Both the position numbers and the translations under genes were made by a program. A stretch of 64,000 bases of DNA from a virus: positions 6,710 through 70,709 of IMG/VR virus record IMGVR_UViG_3300030329_002967. One strand, written 5' to 3'. Within the stretch, counting starts at the first letter, position 1, and every line of letters begins with the position of its first letter. The notes beneath the pieces are model-generated. The model did not search any database. It was not told where the DNA came from and worked only from the letters and a program-made list of their open reading frames with translations. Below are positions 30,191 to 40,187 of this stretch, in pieces.

Positions 30191-33100
30191 TTAAGCGAAC
30201 GCAATTTCATGTTCTGTTCCTCCCCCATCTTGGAAATAAAGTTTGTTGTCTGATTTGGTGTAAACTTTACCAACATCGGCGGTTGCCGTTGGAGTTGTAG
30301 TTTCGGTCAGAGCCATCGCTCCAGTTACCTTGACCCCATCAGTTAATGTCTCGAATTTCTGCGAGTTATCGTGACGAAATTTTACCGCACCATTTTTAGT
30401 ACAGATAATCGCAGTTTCCCCATATACACCGTCACTATCATTGAAACCTAACGCTAAATCATTAATTGCCGAAATTTGAAATTCATTGCCTCCTGTGTAC
30501 GCAATACGGCCACGCACATTGTTATACCAGAGCTTCAAGTCACGGTGAGTTCCTAGAGCCAGCAACGAATGATCTGGGAATACTGTGCTTGGGGTATAAG
30601 TTTGACCTTCTATTCCTATTCCAGTATACGATCCGTCTAAGAAGAAATAGGTTGCTACGTCACTACCAGTACCATCATCTGCTTGGAAAATGATATCTTT
30701 ATCGGCTCCGTCTTGTCTGATGTAAAGATCAGTGGCTTGTGTGTTAAGAATGTAAGAAGCACCTGCCATGTGGGTGATCCTCAGATCCATATCATTCCCG
30801 AAATTCAAAGTACTATCATCTGGGAATATGGTTCTTGGGTATCCAGAGGATACGCCTCCGTCGAGACGGAAGTACTCTTCTATCCCATTACTGCCGTCAT
30901 CGCATTTGAATACGATATCATGGTCATTAGCATTATTTTGAATAATGAGATTTCCCTCATTCTGGGTATTGGAAATATAACTATCCGTTCCGTCGTGATA
31001 AATCTGTAAATCATGGCTATTACCAAAATAAGCGTAAGCATTGTCATTATGCAAAGAGCTTTTAACAAAGTTGTTTACCTCTGAGTCTCCATTAATAACG
31101 AGGTACTCAGTCGTTCCTCCACTACCATTATCGTTTAGGAATACTATATCACCATTATCAGCACCCTGTGTAATCTTAAGATCCCCGGTAGTGTTATTGG
31201 TTATCATAGAGTTTGTGCCATCGTGATAAAGTTCTAAATCAAGACTATCTCCTAGCCTGATTCTACCGCCATCAGCGTGTGCCTGATGATTACCTCCCAT
31301 GATGACATCACCATTGAATGTAGCTCCAGCCGCAAACGTAGTCGCTCCTGCCGCTGTAATAGTCAGTCGAGTATTACCATCAGTTTGAAGTTTTAGCCCA
31401 CTCGCCGCACCTGTCCCAAGGTCTTCAGTATCCAAAACAAGATAATTACTATCAAATTTAAGCGTTGCTCGTTCGTAGTTAGAAGCGTCCGTATACGTTT
31501 CATATAACTCAAGAGCCGTTGCAGTTGTTCCGTCTGCAATAGTAAGATTTGCGGTTGGCGTTCCCGTATTTATGCCTACTTTGCCGTCATCGTCTATTGA
31601 TAGTCTGGTGTACTGTGTTCCACCTTCACTTGCGGCTTCGAGCATTAAAAACCTTCCGCTAGAGTCTATGGATTGATGCCATATTTGACCCGTTCCCGTT
31701 CTAGAAAGCCTAAAGGTGGGAGCGGTTGCGTGTGACACATGAAGCATGGCGTTAGGACTTGTAGTCCCTATTCCTACATTGCCTCCAAAATGGTTTATCA
31801 TATCAGTACTGGCCTGATAGACACCGTAAGGAGTATTGGTTTGAGTACCATGAGTTAAATCTCCTATATACAAACCATACGTATTAGTTATTGTATGACC
31901 TGAATTTTCAAATGACGACATAATGCCATCTGCAACAGCATATCCTATCCAATTAGTGATAGTACCGTTTCCACCTAATTCTGTATGAGTATTATAATGA
32001 GCTACGGTATGAATTTGTCCACTACCTGAAGTGTGAACTCTACTCATGTGGTTTTTTAAGTAAGTTCCTGTTCCTGTAGAACTAACTGTTGTCATCACTT
32101 GTTGATGAGCTGTATTTGTAAAACTACCACCTGTACCTGTTAGGTTAAAATAATCTTGTATTTTATATCCGCCAGTTTGCGTACTAGTAGCGGTTAATGT
32201 AGCGGTTGTTTGGACTGTAGCGTCCATAGTTGAGCCTGATAGTGTTTGAGAATCTGCTATATCTAATAAAGCGGCTGGCGAGGTAGTGCCGATGCCTAAC
32301 TTAGAATCTCCCCCTAAAATTAAATCATCTGTGCTTTCGTCCCATAACATATAAGCTCCGCTAGTATTTCCAAAGAACTTAACATCATGCCCATCAGTGT
32401 CGGCTCCTACGGTCAAGGTTCCAGATGCGGTTACTCCAGTCGAGTTTGTAGCGAATCTTTTAGTGCCACCGCCCCATAGTTCCACAATCTTACCGCTCCC
32501 TGTTTTAGCACCAAACATCATGTTTCCGCTTACAGGATCTCTCATGTATAAACTAGAACCTACCTCAAAATACAGGTCGCCGTCGCCTTGCTCTTGAATG
32601 TGCGAATTATTACCATTGTGGTATATCAATAGATCATTACCATCCCCAAACGCTATCCTACTATTGTCAGGCCATTTAGTGCTAAGCATCGTAGTAGCAC
32701 TACCGTCGTGAGTGGCGTCTCCTCCATCTAACCAAAAATAGTTGGCTAATGTACCGTTTCCAGCATCGCATTGAAATATCAAATCCCCGTCATCACCTCC
32801 ATTGGCAATGATCATATCTAAGTTATCAACTTTAAGAACGCCAGAATTTGAACTTGATGAATCATACAACTCAAGCTGTGGAGTGCTTTGCTGAATTTTT
32901 ATACCGCCGTAAGCAGTCATCAACCCAGTAGTTGCATGAATCGCAACTCTAAGACTACTATCTGTTTCAAATTTTAGCCCGCTTGCTGTTCCTGTTCCAA
33001 GATCGTCAGTACCTACAACGAAGTAGCCGCTATCGAATTTAAGTATTCCACGTTCGTAATTAGAATCATCAGTCCAAGTCTCGTATAACTCAATCGCAGT

Positions 33101-33865
33101 TGCAGATGTTGAATTTGCTATAGCAAGCTCTGAGGCGGGTACGGTCTTGCCTATACCAACTTTGCCATTAGAGCGAAACCTGACAATTTCAGTTCCTCCA
33201 ACATTTGTTTGGTCGGAATGGAATGTAATATTATATCCGCTATGGGCCGCTAACCTAAGATTGCCCTCCAAGTCAATAGTACCATGAGCATCAACACCAA
33301 CCCTTTTAACTCTGATTGCCCCCTCAACGTGAAGGGGTGATGCAGGGGCCGCGACTCCGAGTCCTACGTTTCCATTGTCTTTGTCTATTAAAAAATAAGT
33401 ATCACCACTATCCTCTGTTATTTCAAAATGCCCTGTTTGGTAATTCCTACCAATGTCCCAGTAAGTCGATGAAGACCCACTAGCTAATCGTAATTGCTTA
33501 TCATTTCCACCATCACCTTGAATTTCTAAAATAGATCCGGGGGTCGTATTTCCGATGCCAAAATTAGCCCCAGTGTTAATATAACTGACGTTAGCGTTAC
33601 ATCTGATAGCACACTCAATAACACCCCCGTCATACAGAAACAGTTCCCCTTGATCAGCCGTGCCGTCCATCGACACCTTGAAAATATCGTTGGAAGAACC
33701 AGCTTTGTGGAGGACTATTCCATCATCAGAAGCACTGACCTCCACGTTTAGTGCGTGGGAAGGGCTAGTCGTATTGATCCCTAACCTATTATTAGTAGTA
33801 TCTAAATAAAGCGGCTCGCCGTCCGAAAATTTACTACCGTGACTATGAATACTTGGATTAATCAT
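30191..33865 (-). CDS. long fibre/adhesin-like virion protein
   Basis: Repeated GNVGIGTTSP...L and G...DL.IYHDG.NS.I modules typical of phage fibres; duplicated ELYET..D.SNYER module. Confidence 0.8.
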   Translation of the reverse strand: MINPSIHSHGSKFSDGEPLYLDTTNNRLGINTTSPSHALNVEVSASDDGIVLHKAGSSNDIFKVSMDGTADQGELFLYDGGVIECAIRCNANVSYINTGANFGIGNTTPGSILEIQGDGGNDKQLRLASGSSSTYWDIGRNYQTGHFEITEDSGDTYFLIDKDNGNVGLGVAAPASPLHVEGAIRVKRVGVDAHGTIDLEGNLRLAAHSGYNITFHSDQTNVGGTEIVRFRSNGKVGIGKTVPASELAIANSTSATAIELYETWTDDSNYERGILKFDSGYFVVGTDDLGTGTASGLKFETDSSLRVAIHATTGLMTAYGGIKIQQSTPQLELYDSSSSNSGVLKVDNLDMIIANGGDDGDLIFQCDAGNGTLANYFWLDGGDATHDGSATTMLSTKWPDNSRIAFGDGNDLLIYHNGNNSHIQEQGDGDLYFEVGSSLYMRDPVSGNMMFGAKTGSGKIVELWGGGTKRFATNSTGVTASGTLTVGADTDGHDVKFFGNTSGAYMLWDESTDDLILGGDSKLGIGTTSPAALLDIADSQTLSGSTMDATVQTTATLTATSTQTGGYKIQDYFNLTGTGGSFTNTAHQQVMTTVSSTGTGTYLKNHMSRVHTSGSGQIHTVAHYNTHTELGGNGTITNWIGYAVADGIMSSFENSGHTITNTYGLYIGDLTHGTQTNTPYGVYQASTDMINHFGGNVGIGTTSPNAMLHVSHATAPTFRLSRTGTGQIWHQSIDSSGRFLMLEAASEGGTQYTRLSIDDDGKVGINTGTPTANLTIADGTTATALELYETYTDASNYERATLKFDSNYLVLDTEDLGTGAASGLKLQTDGNTRLTITAAGATTFAAGATFNGDVIMGGNHQAHADGGRIRLGDSLDLELYHDGTNSMITNNTTGDLKITQGADNGDIVFLNDNGSGGTTEYLVINGDSEVNNFVKSSLHNDNAYAYFGNSHDLQIYHDGTDSYISNTQNEGNLIIQNNANDHDIVFKCDDGSNGIEEYFRLDGGVSSGYPRTIFPDDSTLNFGNDMDLRITHMAGASYILNTQATDLYIRQDGADKDIIFQADDGTGSDVATYFFLDGSYTGIGIEGQTYTPSTVFPDHSLLALGTHRDLKLWYNNVRGRIAYTGGNEFQISAINDLALGFNDSDGVYGETAIICTKNGAVKFRHDNSQKFETLTDGVKVTGAMALTETTTPTATADVGKVYTKSDNKLYFQDGGGTEHEIAFA

Positions 33866-34170
33866 CTTTTCGATTCTCCGATTTCTACGAATACTGTTTT
33901 TGATGTAGAGCCTATTGCTATAATTTTTACTCTATTAGTTTTAGCACTTAACCTAATTTCTTTACTACCATCTCCTGTAAACCTAGAAGTTCCGTCTCCG
34001 TCTGCATATGCAGTATAAGTAGTCCCACCATCAAGAGAGTACTGAATTTCCCATGTAAAGTTTTGCGCTGTAGTTCCCGTCTTCTCTTGTAAGGCTACAG
34101 CGTAGATGTCTCCTACGTCTGCCCCCACAAAATCCACTGTATCATTAGTCCCTGTTACTGATTCTGCCAT
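33862..34170 (-). CDS. small beta-rich virion protein
   Basis: IQYSLDGGTT motif; coupled to the fibre gene. Confidence 0.55.
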   Translation of the reverse strand: MAESVTGTNDTVDFVGADVGDIYAVALQEKTGTTAQNFTWEIQYSLDGGTTYTAYADGDGTSRFTGDGSKEIRLSAKTNRVKIIAIGSTSKTVFVEIGESKR

Positions 34171-34223
34171 AACTGTATTATTTAGTTAATTTAATATAAA
34201 ATACTTTTGAACGGTGTGCAAAT

Positions 34224-35192
34224 TCATCGTGTATATGATCCCCCTTGTTGCATAACTAAATCTGGTGGATCTCCGTCTTTCTTATACATACCGCTAGGTA
34301 CTATAAGCCCACTATGTCCTATATGAAAGTCAAGTTCCCCTTCTCTGTTTATTGGAATATTCCTTAAATTACAGGTGGGCATCCCATCAAGGTGAGGGGA
34401 TCGCTTTTCTATATGCCTACATCCTATAACCGACACATGACTAATTTTCCCACTGGCGACCAGCGCAACCTTAGTTGCAGTATCAGTCACCCTACCCATC
34501 TCAGTCCTAGCTATTGTAGGAACTCTATTACTGGAAATGCTAGGAACTTTATCCCTTAGCTTATCAGCTACCTCGCCAACAGACATTCCTTGTGAAACAC
34601 CCTCTGCTACAGTTCTCCTAATTATTCCCCTCGTAGTTTCATTAATACTGGTAATATACTTCCCAACACCTCTAACCCTCCTGTCCATTACATGAGCATA
34701 ACTACGATTAGGCTCCACCCCTAACGCTGTAGAAACTTTACCATACACATCATCAGCAACCGATTGTAAAATCGGAACCATTATAATAGCAGTCTGTAAA
34801 CCATCTGCTCCAGTTTCGTCTTGAATAGCTGACTCCCACGCCGCTAACTGAGTCTCCGAATTTAACTGCTTTGAACGAACCCCATAAAAATTACTATACC
34901 TGCCCAGCGCACCCTCAATCACCCTATCGACACTATCCTGTATCGCCGAAGACAGTTTATCTGAAAGGCTTAAAATCCCTCTACCTCTTGCGCTCCTATT
35001 TATATTAGATATATCCAGAATCAAGCTCCTGCCATTATCAGTATTAAGCTCCTCATAACTCCATCCATCAGCAGGGACGAATGACTTCCTATAAGCATTA
35101 AATAATTTTAATGGAGAGGGGCGAAATCGTCCTATCCTATTAGCCGCACGTTCCGAAGCACTTGGGCTACGCCTCCTCTTCGTAACTATCAT
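34224..35192 (-). CDS. head morphogenesis protein (SPP1 gp7 / Mu F-like)
   Basis: I.ETTR..I...V.EG...G.S, R..TIARTE; follows the portal. Confidence 0.8.
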   Translation of the reverse strand: MIVTKRRRSPSASERAANRIGRFRPSPLKLFNAYRKSFVPADGWSYEELNTDNGRSLILDISNINRSARGRGILSLSDKLSSAIQDSVDRVIEGALGRYSNFYGVRSKQLNSETQLAAWESAIQDETGADGLQTAIIMVPILQSVADDVYGKVSTALGVEPNRSYAHVMDRRVRGVGKYITSINETTRGIIRRTVAEGVSQGMSVGEVADKLRDKVPSISSNRVPTIARTEMGRVTDTATKVALVASGKISHVSVIGCRHIEKRSPHLDGMPTCNLRNIPINREGELDFHIGHSGLIVPSGMYKKDGDPPDLVMQQGGSYTR

Positions 35193-36468
35193 CAGCCTCG
35201 ACTACGCTCTCTATAACCTCAGTAGACGGATCTGAAACCCCAGCAAGCTCTAAAGGAACTCTAGTCGTATCTACCAAAAACTGATCTAAAAGAGGATTAT
35301 CAATTACAGGTAAATTACATAACTCCCTCAACTCATTAGCAGTCATAGCCCCAAGTTCAACCAACGGCTTATACTCCTTAACAATCTGCTCTACGTCAAT
35401 GAGTCCACTCATCTCGTAGCTAATCTGATCCCCTGTCCCTAAAAACCCGTCAGAGTTTATCTTACCTACAAGCATATCCAACAGAGGGACAATCTTATAT
35501 TTTCTAAAGTTTACCTCGTCCTGCCTAGCAGTTGCATAATTAGCCGCACCATCTATACCAACAATAGAAAGAGGTATACCATGATTTAAGAAAATCTGCT
35601 CCACATTCCATTTCTCTTTTTCTATAGACTGCATCTCAGCCATAGTCATACCGAGCCTGTGGTAGTTCCACTTACCGTTCAGAAACGCTACCTTTCCTGC
35701 GTTTTTCTTCCCACTATACTCAACATTAAACTTTTTCCTCAACTTAGCCCACTGAGCTTCGTCAGCGATATCAGTCTCTCTAGTCATCACTCCCGACAAC
35801 TGCGCTCCATTTTCGATAAATTTTTCCCCCAGAAAAGACTTATTAATAAACTCATTATATATAGACTCTGAAGGCTCAATAGACCCCATTCCCATAAGAG
35901 AGTCGGTAGGGTGTACGCTTCTAAAATGTATAATTTCCTCAGGACTATACTTAACTTCATTGCCATTAACCGTATAAATATAGCTAGAAATCTTATTCTC
36001 CTTGTCAGGAACCACCTTCATGTGATGAGGCATTAACGGATAGAGGTGTAATGGCCTCCCTTTCATATCCATCTGATCCTTCAACCAATAAGCATTTCCT
36101 ACTAACTCCATATGAAAAGCCCACATCTCAAGTAACTCAGGCCACGAATCATAAGGGTTAGGGCTAACTAAGATACCCGACTCTCTCTCCTGCGCCGTGC
36201 GATCTCCCATCTTAAACTTTGCAGACAGAATAACTGACGAAATAATCCTACATGATCTAAACGTAGCCCAGCATTTCTTAGACCCAGCCTCCAAATATGA
36301 ATTATAGTCTTCAAACTTATGAATAGGAACCCCTATTCTATACTCGATCCACTCCCTCTCCTTGGTATCAAAAGGATACCTACTAATTGCGGCTAATTCA
36401 GCCTTAGTAGCTTTACTAAGGTCTATGTCAGAGCTACCCCTCCTAAATAATTTATCAAGTACTCCCAT
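35167..36468 (-). CDS. portal protein (HK97 family)
   Basis: PNPY, L.GNAYW, LYPL.P, EIIHFR, G.G, F.ENGA..SGV, G.KNAGK...L..G, GIP....G, NYA, T.NE.R. Confidence 0.95.
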   Translation of the reverse strand: MGVLDKLFRRGSSDIDLSKATKAELAAISRYPFDTKEREWIEYRIGVPIHKFEDYNSYLEAGSKKCWATFRSCRIISSVILSAKFKMGDRTAQERESGILVSPNPYDSWPELLEMWAFHMELVGNAYWLKDQMDMKGRPLHLYPLMPHHMKVVPDKENKISSYIYTVNGNEVKYSPEEIIHFRSVHPTDSLMGMGSIEPSESIYNEFINKSFLGEKFIENGAQLSGVMTRETDIADEAQWAKLRKKFNVEYSGKKNAGKVAFLNGKWNYHRLGMTMAEMQSIEKEKWNVEQIFLNHGIPLSIVGIDGAANYATARQDEVNFRKYKIVPLLDMLVGKINSDGFLGTGDQISYEMSGLIDVEQIVKEYKPLVELGAMTANELRELCNLPVIDNPLLDQFLVDTTRVPLELAGVSDPSTEVIESVVEADDSYEEEA

Positions 36469-36479
36469 AATACACTAAT

Positions 36480-37295
36480 CTATCTATTGTCTTCGCCCGA
36501 CCTTCTACGACTAGCCCTTTTTCTAGTAACTTTCTTACTAGCCCTCTTAATCTTTTTTGGCGTAGGGGCTTCCTCGTTTTTACCAATAAGGTCAATCAAC
36601 TCTTCCCCATTTAAGGAATACACCCCTTTATCATTAGGTTTACACTCAACGCAAGATCCAGTAATTAGATTAACTGTCCCTTTAATTGGTGACCACACCA
36701 TTACTCTACCTAATCTCTTTGAATCCTCAGGATAAGCCTTAGTTATAAGCTCAAGTACATTATCAGTAGGGGCTATTACTTTTTCAAACCCGTCTCTCTT
36801 CATTATATCTCTTTCCCTAAACAGGGAAACCCCAAGATGCTTATTTATATTAACATAATCTGCTAAATTATTGGTAGCAATTATCAGATCAAAAGTACCC
36901 TCAAGCCACTGACTCTGTTCCCTTAATAAAATAGGACGCTCTTCGTTAGGAGTATCAGCTAAAATCTTAAGTATTGCCTCCGCTTTACCAATAGGAGTAG
37001 ATTTTTTATCTAAAGCCTTATCTAAAGCATCCTTAAAACTCCCCTCTTCTAAAGAATCTTTATTAGTTACAACCAAAGTAGCGGCATCTTGAAATCTTCT
37101 AACAGAATCCCTAACAAATACCACCTTCTCTGCCTTATTCCACGCATCTAAGCCTATTTTTTTCTTAGCAACAGAGGGAATCTCCCATCTAGCTACCGTA
37201 TCAACTGGCTCTAATTTAAATCCAGTAGAAAACATAGTGTTTCCAGTAAGAGGGTTTTCAATAAGTATAAGCTTCCCGTCTTTAGAAGATTTCAT
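36480..37295 (-). CDS. degenerate sulfotransferase-family-like protein
   Basis: LILIENPLTGNT (cf. FIHIPKTGGT), VFVRDSVRRF (cf. FVRNP..RF.S), EQSQWL...FD. Confidence 0.4.
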   Translation of the reverse strand: MKSSKDGKLILIENPLTGNTMFSTGFKLEPVDTVARWEIPSVAKKKIGLDAWNKAEKVVFVRDSVRRFQDAATLVVTNKDSLEEGSFKDALDKALDKKSTPIGKAEAILKILADTPNEERPILLREQSQWLEGTFDLIIATNNLADYVNINKHLGVSLFRERDIMKRDGFEKVIAPTDNVLELITKAYPEDSKRLGRVMVWSPIKGTVNLITGSCVECKPNDKGVYSLNGEELIDLIGKNEEAPTPKKIKRASKKVTRKRASRRRSGEDNR

Positions 37296-37379
37296 ATAGG
37301 AATTTTAATCCATGTAGCACCGTATGCAAGGAATCACTTACTTACTATGTCAAATTAATTAAATTGAACGGCGTTCAAT

Positions 37380-37520
37380 TTAATCTACTTTCCTATTTTT
37401 AAGAAATTCTTTATAGCACTTCCTGCAAATCTTCTCTAAGGGTGCGTCACCCTCAGCACAAACAGATATACAGTCCTCTTTCCTAACAATTACAGAGCAT
37501 CGGCTACATCTATTAGGCAT
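37380..37520 (-). CDS. 46-aa zinc-finger-like protein (absent from ORF track)
   Basis: MPNRCSRC...ICRKCYKEF; two CxxC motifs; overlaps the groES stop. Confidence 0.55.
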   Translation of the reverse strand: MPNRCSRCSVIVRKEDCISVCAEGDAPLEKICRKCYKEFLKNRKVD

Positions 37521-37779
37521 ATTCTTTGCAGATAATTTTAGGCTCGTCTATAACGATAAAATCCTCTCCCTCGTGAGTATAATGCGTCCCTTGCAATTTG
37601 GTTATCATAACCCTGTCTCCTTTATTAAGATACTCACACTTATCTCCTACAGCGACCACCTCTCCCCAAGTCTCTGTTGTTCTTGAAACCTCAGGAACAA
37701 TAATTCCTCCCTGAGTAACCTCTGTCCGTGAATCCATCTTCACTAACAGCCTATTATTTATTGGATTTAAATCAGCCAT
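37513..37779 (-). CDS. groES: co-chaperonin GroES (start re-called at MADLNP)
   Basis: L.P..NRLLVK, T.GGIIVP, GEVVAVG, GD.V, G......G....V..E..I. Confidence 0.9.
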   Translation of the reverse strand: MADLNPINNRLLVKMDSRTEVTQGGIIVPEVSRTTETWGEVVAVGDKCEYLNKGDRVMITKLQGTHYTHEGEDFIVIDEPKIICKEYA

Positions 37780-37783
37780 AAAC

Positions 37784-38062
37784 TTAATAATCTCGATAAT
37801 CGCTATCCTCTTCCTTGTCAACAACCTTAGGAGCAGTATTGCTCCCAATCAAAACAAGTAACACAACGATAGAGATAAGCCAAACTAGTGGCCCTCCAAG
37901 AGCAACCGCCAACGCCATTGCCGTCCTAGACCCTGCGTTTCGATGATCCTCTTTTACACCTATCGTCCAAGTAGGGATAGCAATCAAGAACAGCCACACG
38001 ACCATCCACAAAAATGACTTCCCTGTTCCCTCTATAGCGTCTACTACATACTCTATTATCAT
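37784..38062 (-). CDS. two-TM membrane protein
   Basis: Two hydrophobic helices. Confidence 0.6.
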   Translation of the reverse strand: MIIEYVVDAIEGTGKSFLWMVVWLFLIAIPTWTIGVKEDHRNAGSRTAMALAVALGGPLVWLISIVVLLVLIGSNTAPKVVDKEEDSDYRDY

Positions 38063-38102
38063 AATTTTATTATTTTCATTAACATTTATTCAATCATTAA
38101 AA

Positions 38103-38382
38103 ATAAATAACGGATGTTCAATGTAGGCATTTCAACCTTGTTTGGAGATCTCCTCCAACTCTATTTCCGTTATTTATAATTTTTTTAAAGGAAGCACCTT
38201 ATGCGCTAAGAGATCGGGCATTAGCACCCTCCAGCCCCTTAGACCGATTTGCAGGGTATTCCAGCGTATTTATAGATCCCCACCTAACAACTGGCCCTGC
38301 ACCCGTGTACGCAACTCTCATCCTGCGCTCTTATCAGTACAACCACACGAAGTCATCACATAAGATGCTTTCTTTAAAAAAA
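38103..38382 (-). ncRNA. candidate structured ncRNA pair (stem-closed ~200-nt and ~75-nt elements)
   Basis: ~23-bp closing stem 38180-38203/38359-38382 and perfect 12-bp stem 38103-38114/38166-38177; no minus-strand ORF; promoter-like TTGCAA..TATACT at 38430-38457. Confidence 0.6.
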
Positions 38383-38474
38383 TCATTATCTAAATTCAAA
38401 GAACATGGGATCTCTCCCACTAATAATTAAGTATATCACAGGATTTAAACTTTGCAAGCAAAAGTTATCACTAT

Positions 38475-39356
38475 CTACCCCCATACACACTCCTCAGGAA
38501 CCTTATCATCCCTCCACTTCAATAACCCATCAACACCTCTCACCGCATTAGGGTGTCTCATAGCACCAGACTCAAACAACTGCCAGCCCTTCACCTCTAT
38601 AACCCTTCCGATATATTTCCTATCCTCATTCCAGATGTCTTGCCTCTCCGCATCCGTGAAGCCACCTCCAACCCTTACCTTCTTAACTAACTCACCATCC
38701 ACATAAAGACCGCAAACCAACGCCCCCAGCTTCCCCACATTCCTTCCACCACCCTCTTCCACACCCATCACCACATAATCCATCGTAAACACCTGCTTCT
38801 TGCGGTAGATCACCGCCCCGACATAAGCCTCATCACTCCGCTTGTAAATAAGACCCTCTCCCCCACCATTCTCCACCTCACGCTCCCAAACCTCTTCAGC
38901 CTCCTCAATCGGAAACGTAGGCACTAGCTCAAACATAGACCCCTCAAACTCCACCTCCTCCAGCAACCCCCTTCTCTCATTCCACGGCAACGCATACGCC
39001 TCCCTCTCAATCCCCGTCCCATTATGCAAATCAATCTCCAGCACATCAAACACCATAACCTTTCCCAAACCACCCTCACCACTCGTAGCCCTCTGCGTCC
39101 CTACCAAATACTCCCCCACAATCACCCCACTATACTTACAGTCCAACCCCGACCGTCCCTCATACTTCAACTGTCCCTGCCTCGAATAAATCCGTACCTC
39201 TCCCTCCTCAAACACACACCTAGCCCACCAACCATCATACTTCACTTCCACCACATCCGCATACCTATCATACGCCTCCCCATGCTCCTCCACATTAACA
39301 TACTTCTGCACCCTCCCACTCAACCTCCCCTTCTCAACAACTCTCTCTTTTATCAT
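38475..39356 (-). CDS. ATP-dependent DNA ligase (start re-called at MIKERV)
   Basis: EVKYDG adenylation motif, YSRQG, GE, VFD, EGLIYK, D.VV.G..EG.GR..G.LGAL, VGGGFTD..R, MRHP, R.DK. Confidence 0.93.
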   Translation of the reverse strand: MIKERVVEKGRLSGRVQKYVNVEEHGEAYDRYADVVEVKYDGWWARCVFEEGEVRIYSRQGQLKYEGRSGLDCKYSGVIVGEYLVGTQRATSGEGGLGKVMVFDVLEIDLHNGTGIEREAYALPWNERRGLLEEVEFEGSMFELVPTFPIEEAEEVWEREVENGGGEGLIYKRSDEAYVGAVIYRKKQVFTMDYVVMGVEEGGGRNVGKLGALVCGLYVDGELVKKVRVGGGFTDAERQDIWNEDRKYIGRVIEVKGWQLFESGAMRHPNAVRGVDGLLKWRDDKVPEECVWG

Positions 39357-39362
39357 ACCCCC

Positions 39363-39391
39363 ACCATACCACACAAAAAAACATTTGTCAA
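39363..39391 (-). promoter_or_regulatory. sigma70-type promoter for the ligase
   Basis: TTGACA-17-TATGGT with ATG 6 nt downstream; near-identical to the AAA promoter. Confidence 0.7.
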
Positions 39392-39684
39392 TATTGAAAA
39401 TACGAAAATATGCAAAAATACCGAAAAGCACAAACCCCTTTTGCACATCGTTCAAATCTACACCCCTCTTACCCCCCCACCATGTGCCTCAAATGTGCCT
39501 CAAATGCCACTCATCACCCCCCATTTACACCCCATTTAGTTTTTAATTTTTAATTATTCATGTGGTGTATCCCGTCAATTTCGTTAGGAAAACGGTATAA
39601 TCGGTTTTGAGTTCGCGAATTTTGAAAAGCAAAAGAGCCGAGCAGTCACCTGCCCGACTCAATCGCTCTTTTATGTTTACCAGT

Positions 39685-40143
39685 TTAATCTTTAAGGTCA
39701 CTAGTGTTAACACTTAGTTTGATATCGTGCTTTACGTCGTGTAATTCCTGCTCAAGCTCGCAAACTTCGTTAGTTCTTTCTCTCAATCTATTAGTAAGTG
39801 ATTGAGTTTTTTCCTCAAGCTCTTTTACTTTTTTCTTAAGCTCACGAACCTCTGCCCATCCATTTTTTGCTGACTCTTTCCATAGCGCATTCATTGCGTT
39901 ATTGGATATTCTGATCTTAGCTTTTGCCTTTGGTCTTTCCTTTATAGCGATAAGCAAATCTAAGACTAGAATAAGCATCATGTGAAAGGCGAGGACTGTC
40001 ATATTGAAGAATAAGACGAGAACAGTCTGCTCCACTGTGATAAGCGAAATTATGAACGATGTGCAAACAAGCACAAGCGAAGTTAATGTTATTACCATTA
40101 CTGGCATTGTGAAGCTCTTAAGAATATTGATTAATTTTTTCAT
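39685..40143 (-). CDS. membrane-anchored coiled-coil protein
   Basis: Two TMs followed by coiled coil. Confidence 0.6.
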   Translation of the reverse strand: MKKLINILKSFTMPVMVITLTSLVLVCTSFIISLITVEQTVLVLFFNMTVLAFHMMLILVLDLLIAIKERPKAKAKIRISNNAMNALWKESAKNGWAEVRELKKKVKELEEKTQSLTNRLRERTNEVCELEQELHDVKHDIKLSVNTSDLKD

Positions 40144-40157
40144 TGTTTTGTTTAGTT

Positions 40158-40180
40158 GTGGGGAGGCTTTCGCCTCCCCT
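40158..40180. terminator. GC hairpin
   Basis: GGGGAGGC-TTTC-GCCTCCCC. Confidence 0.6.
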
Positions 40181-40187
40181 AATTTAA

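Noticed and set aside
31370-33120. DGR template/variable repeat pair in the fibre gene
   Set aside because: Both copies are in-frame coding modules, differences are not adenine-specific, and no reverse transcriptase is present in the window
37364-37378. LexA/SOS box identity for the dispersed palindrome
   Set aside because: The Gram-positive box is GAAC-N4-GTTC; here the spacer is always 3 nt and sites rarely overlap promoters
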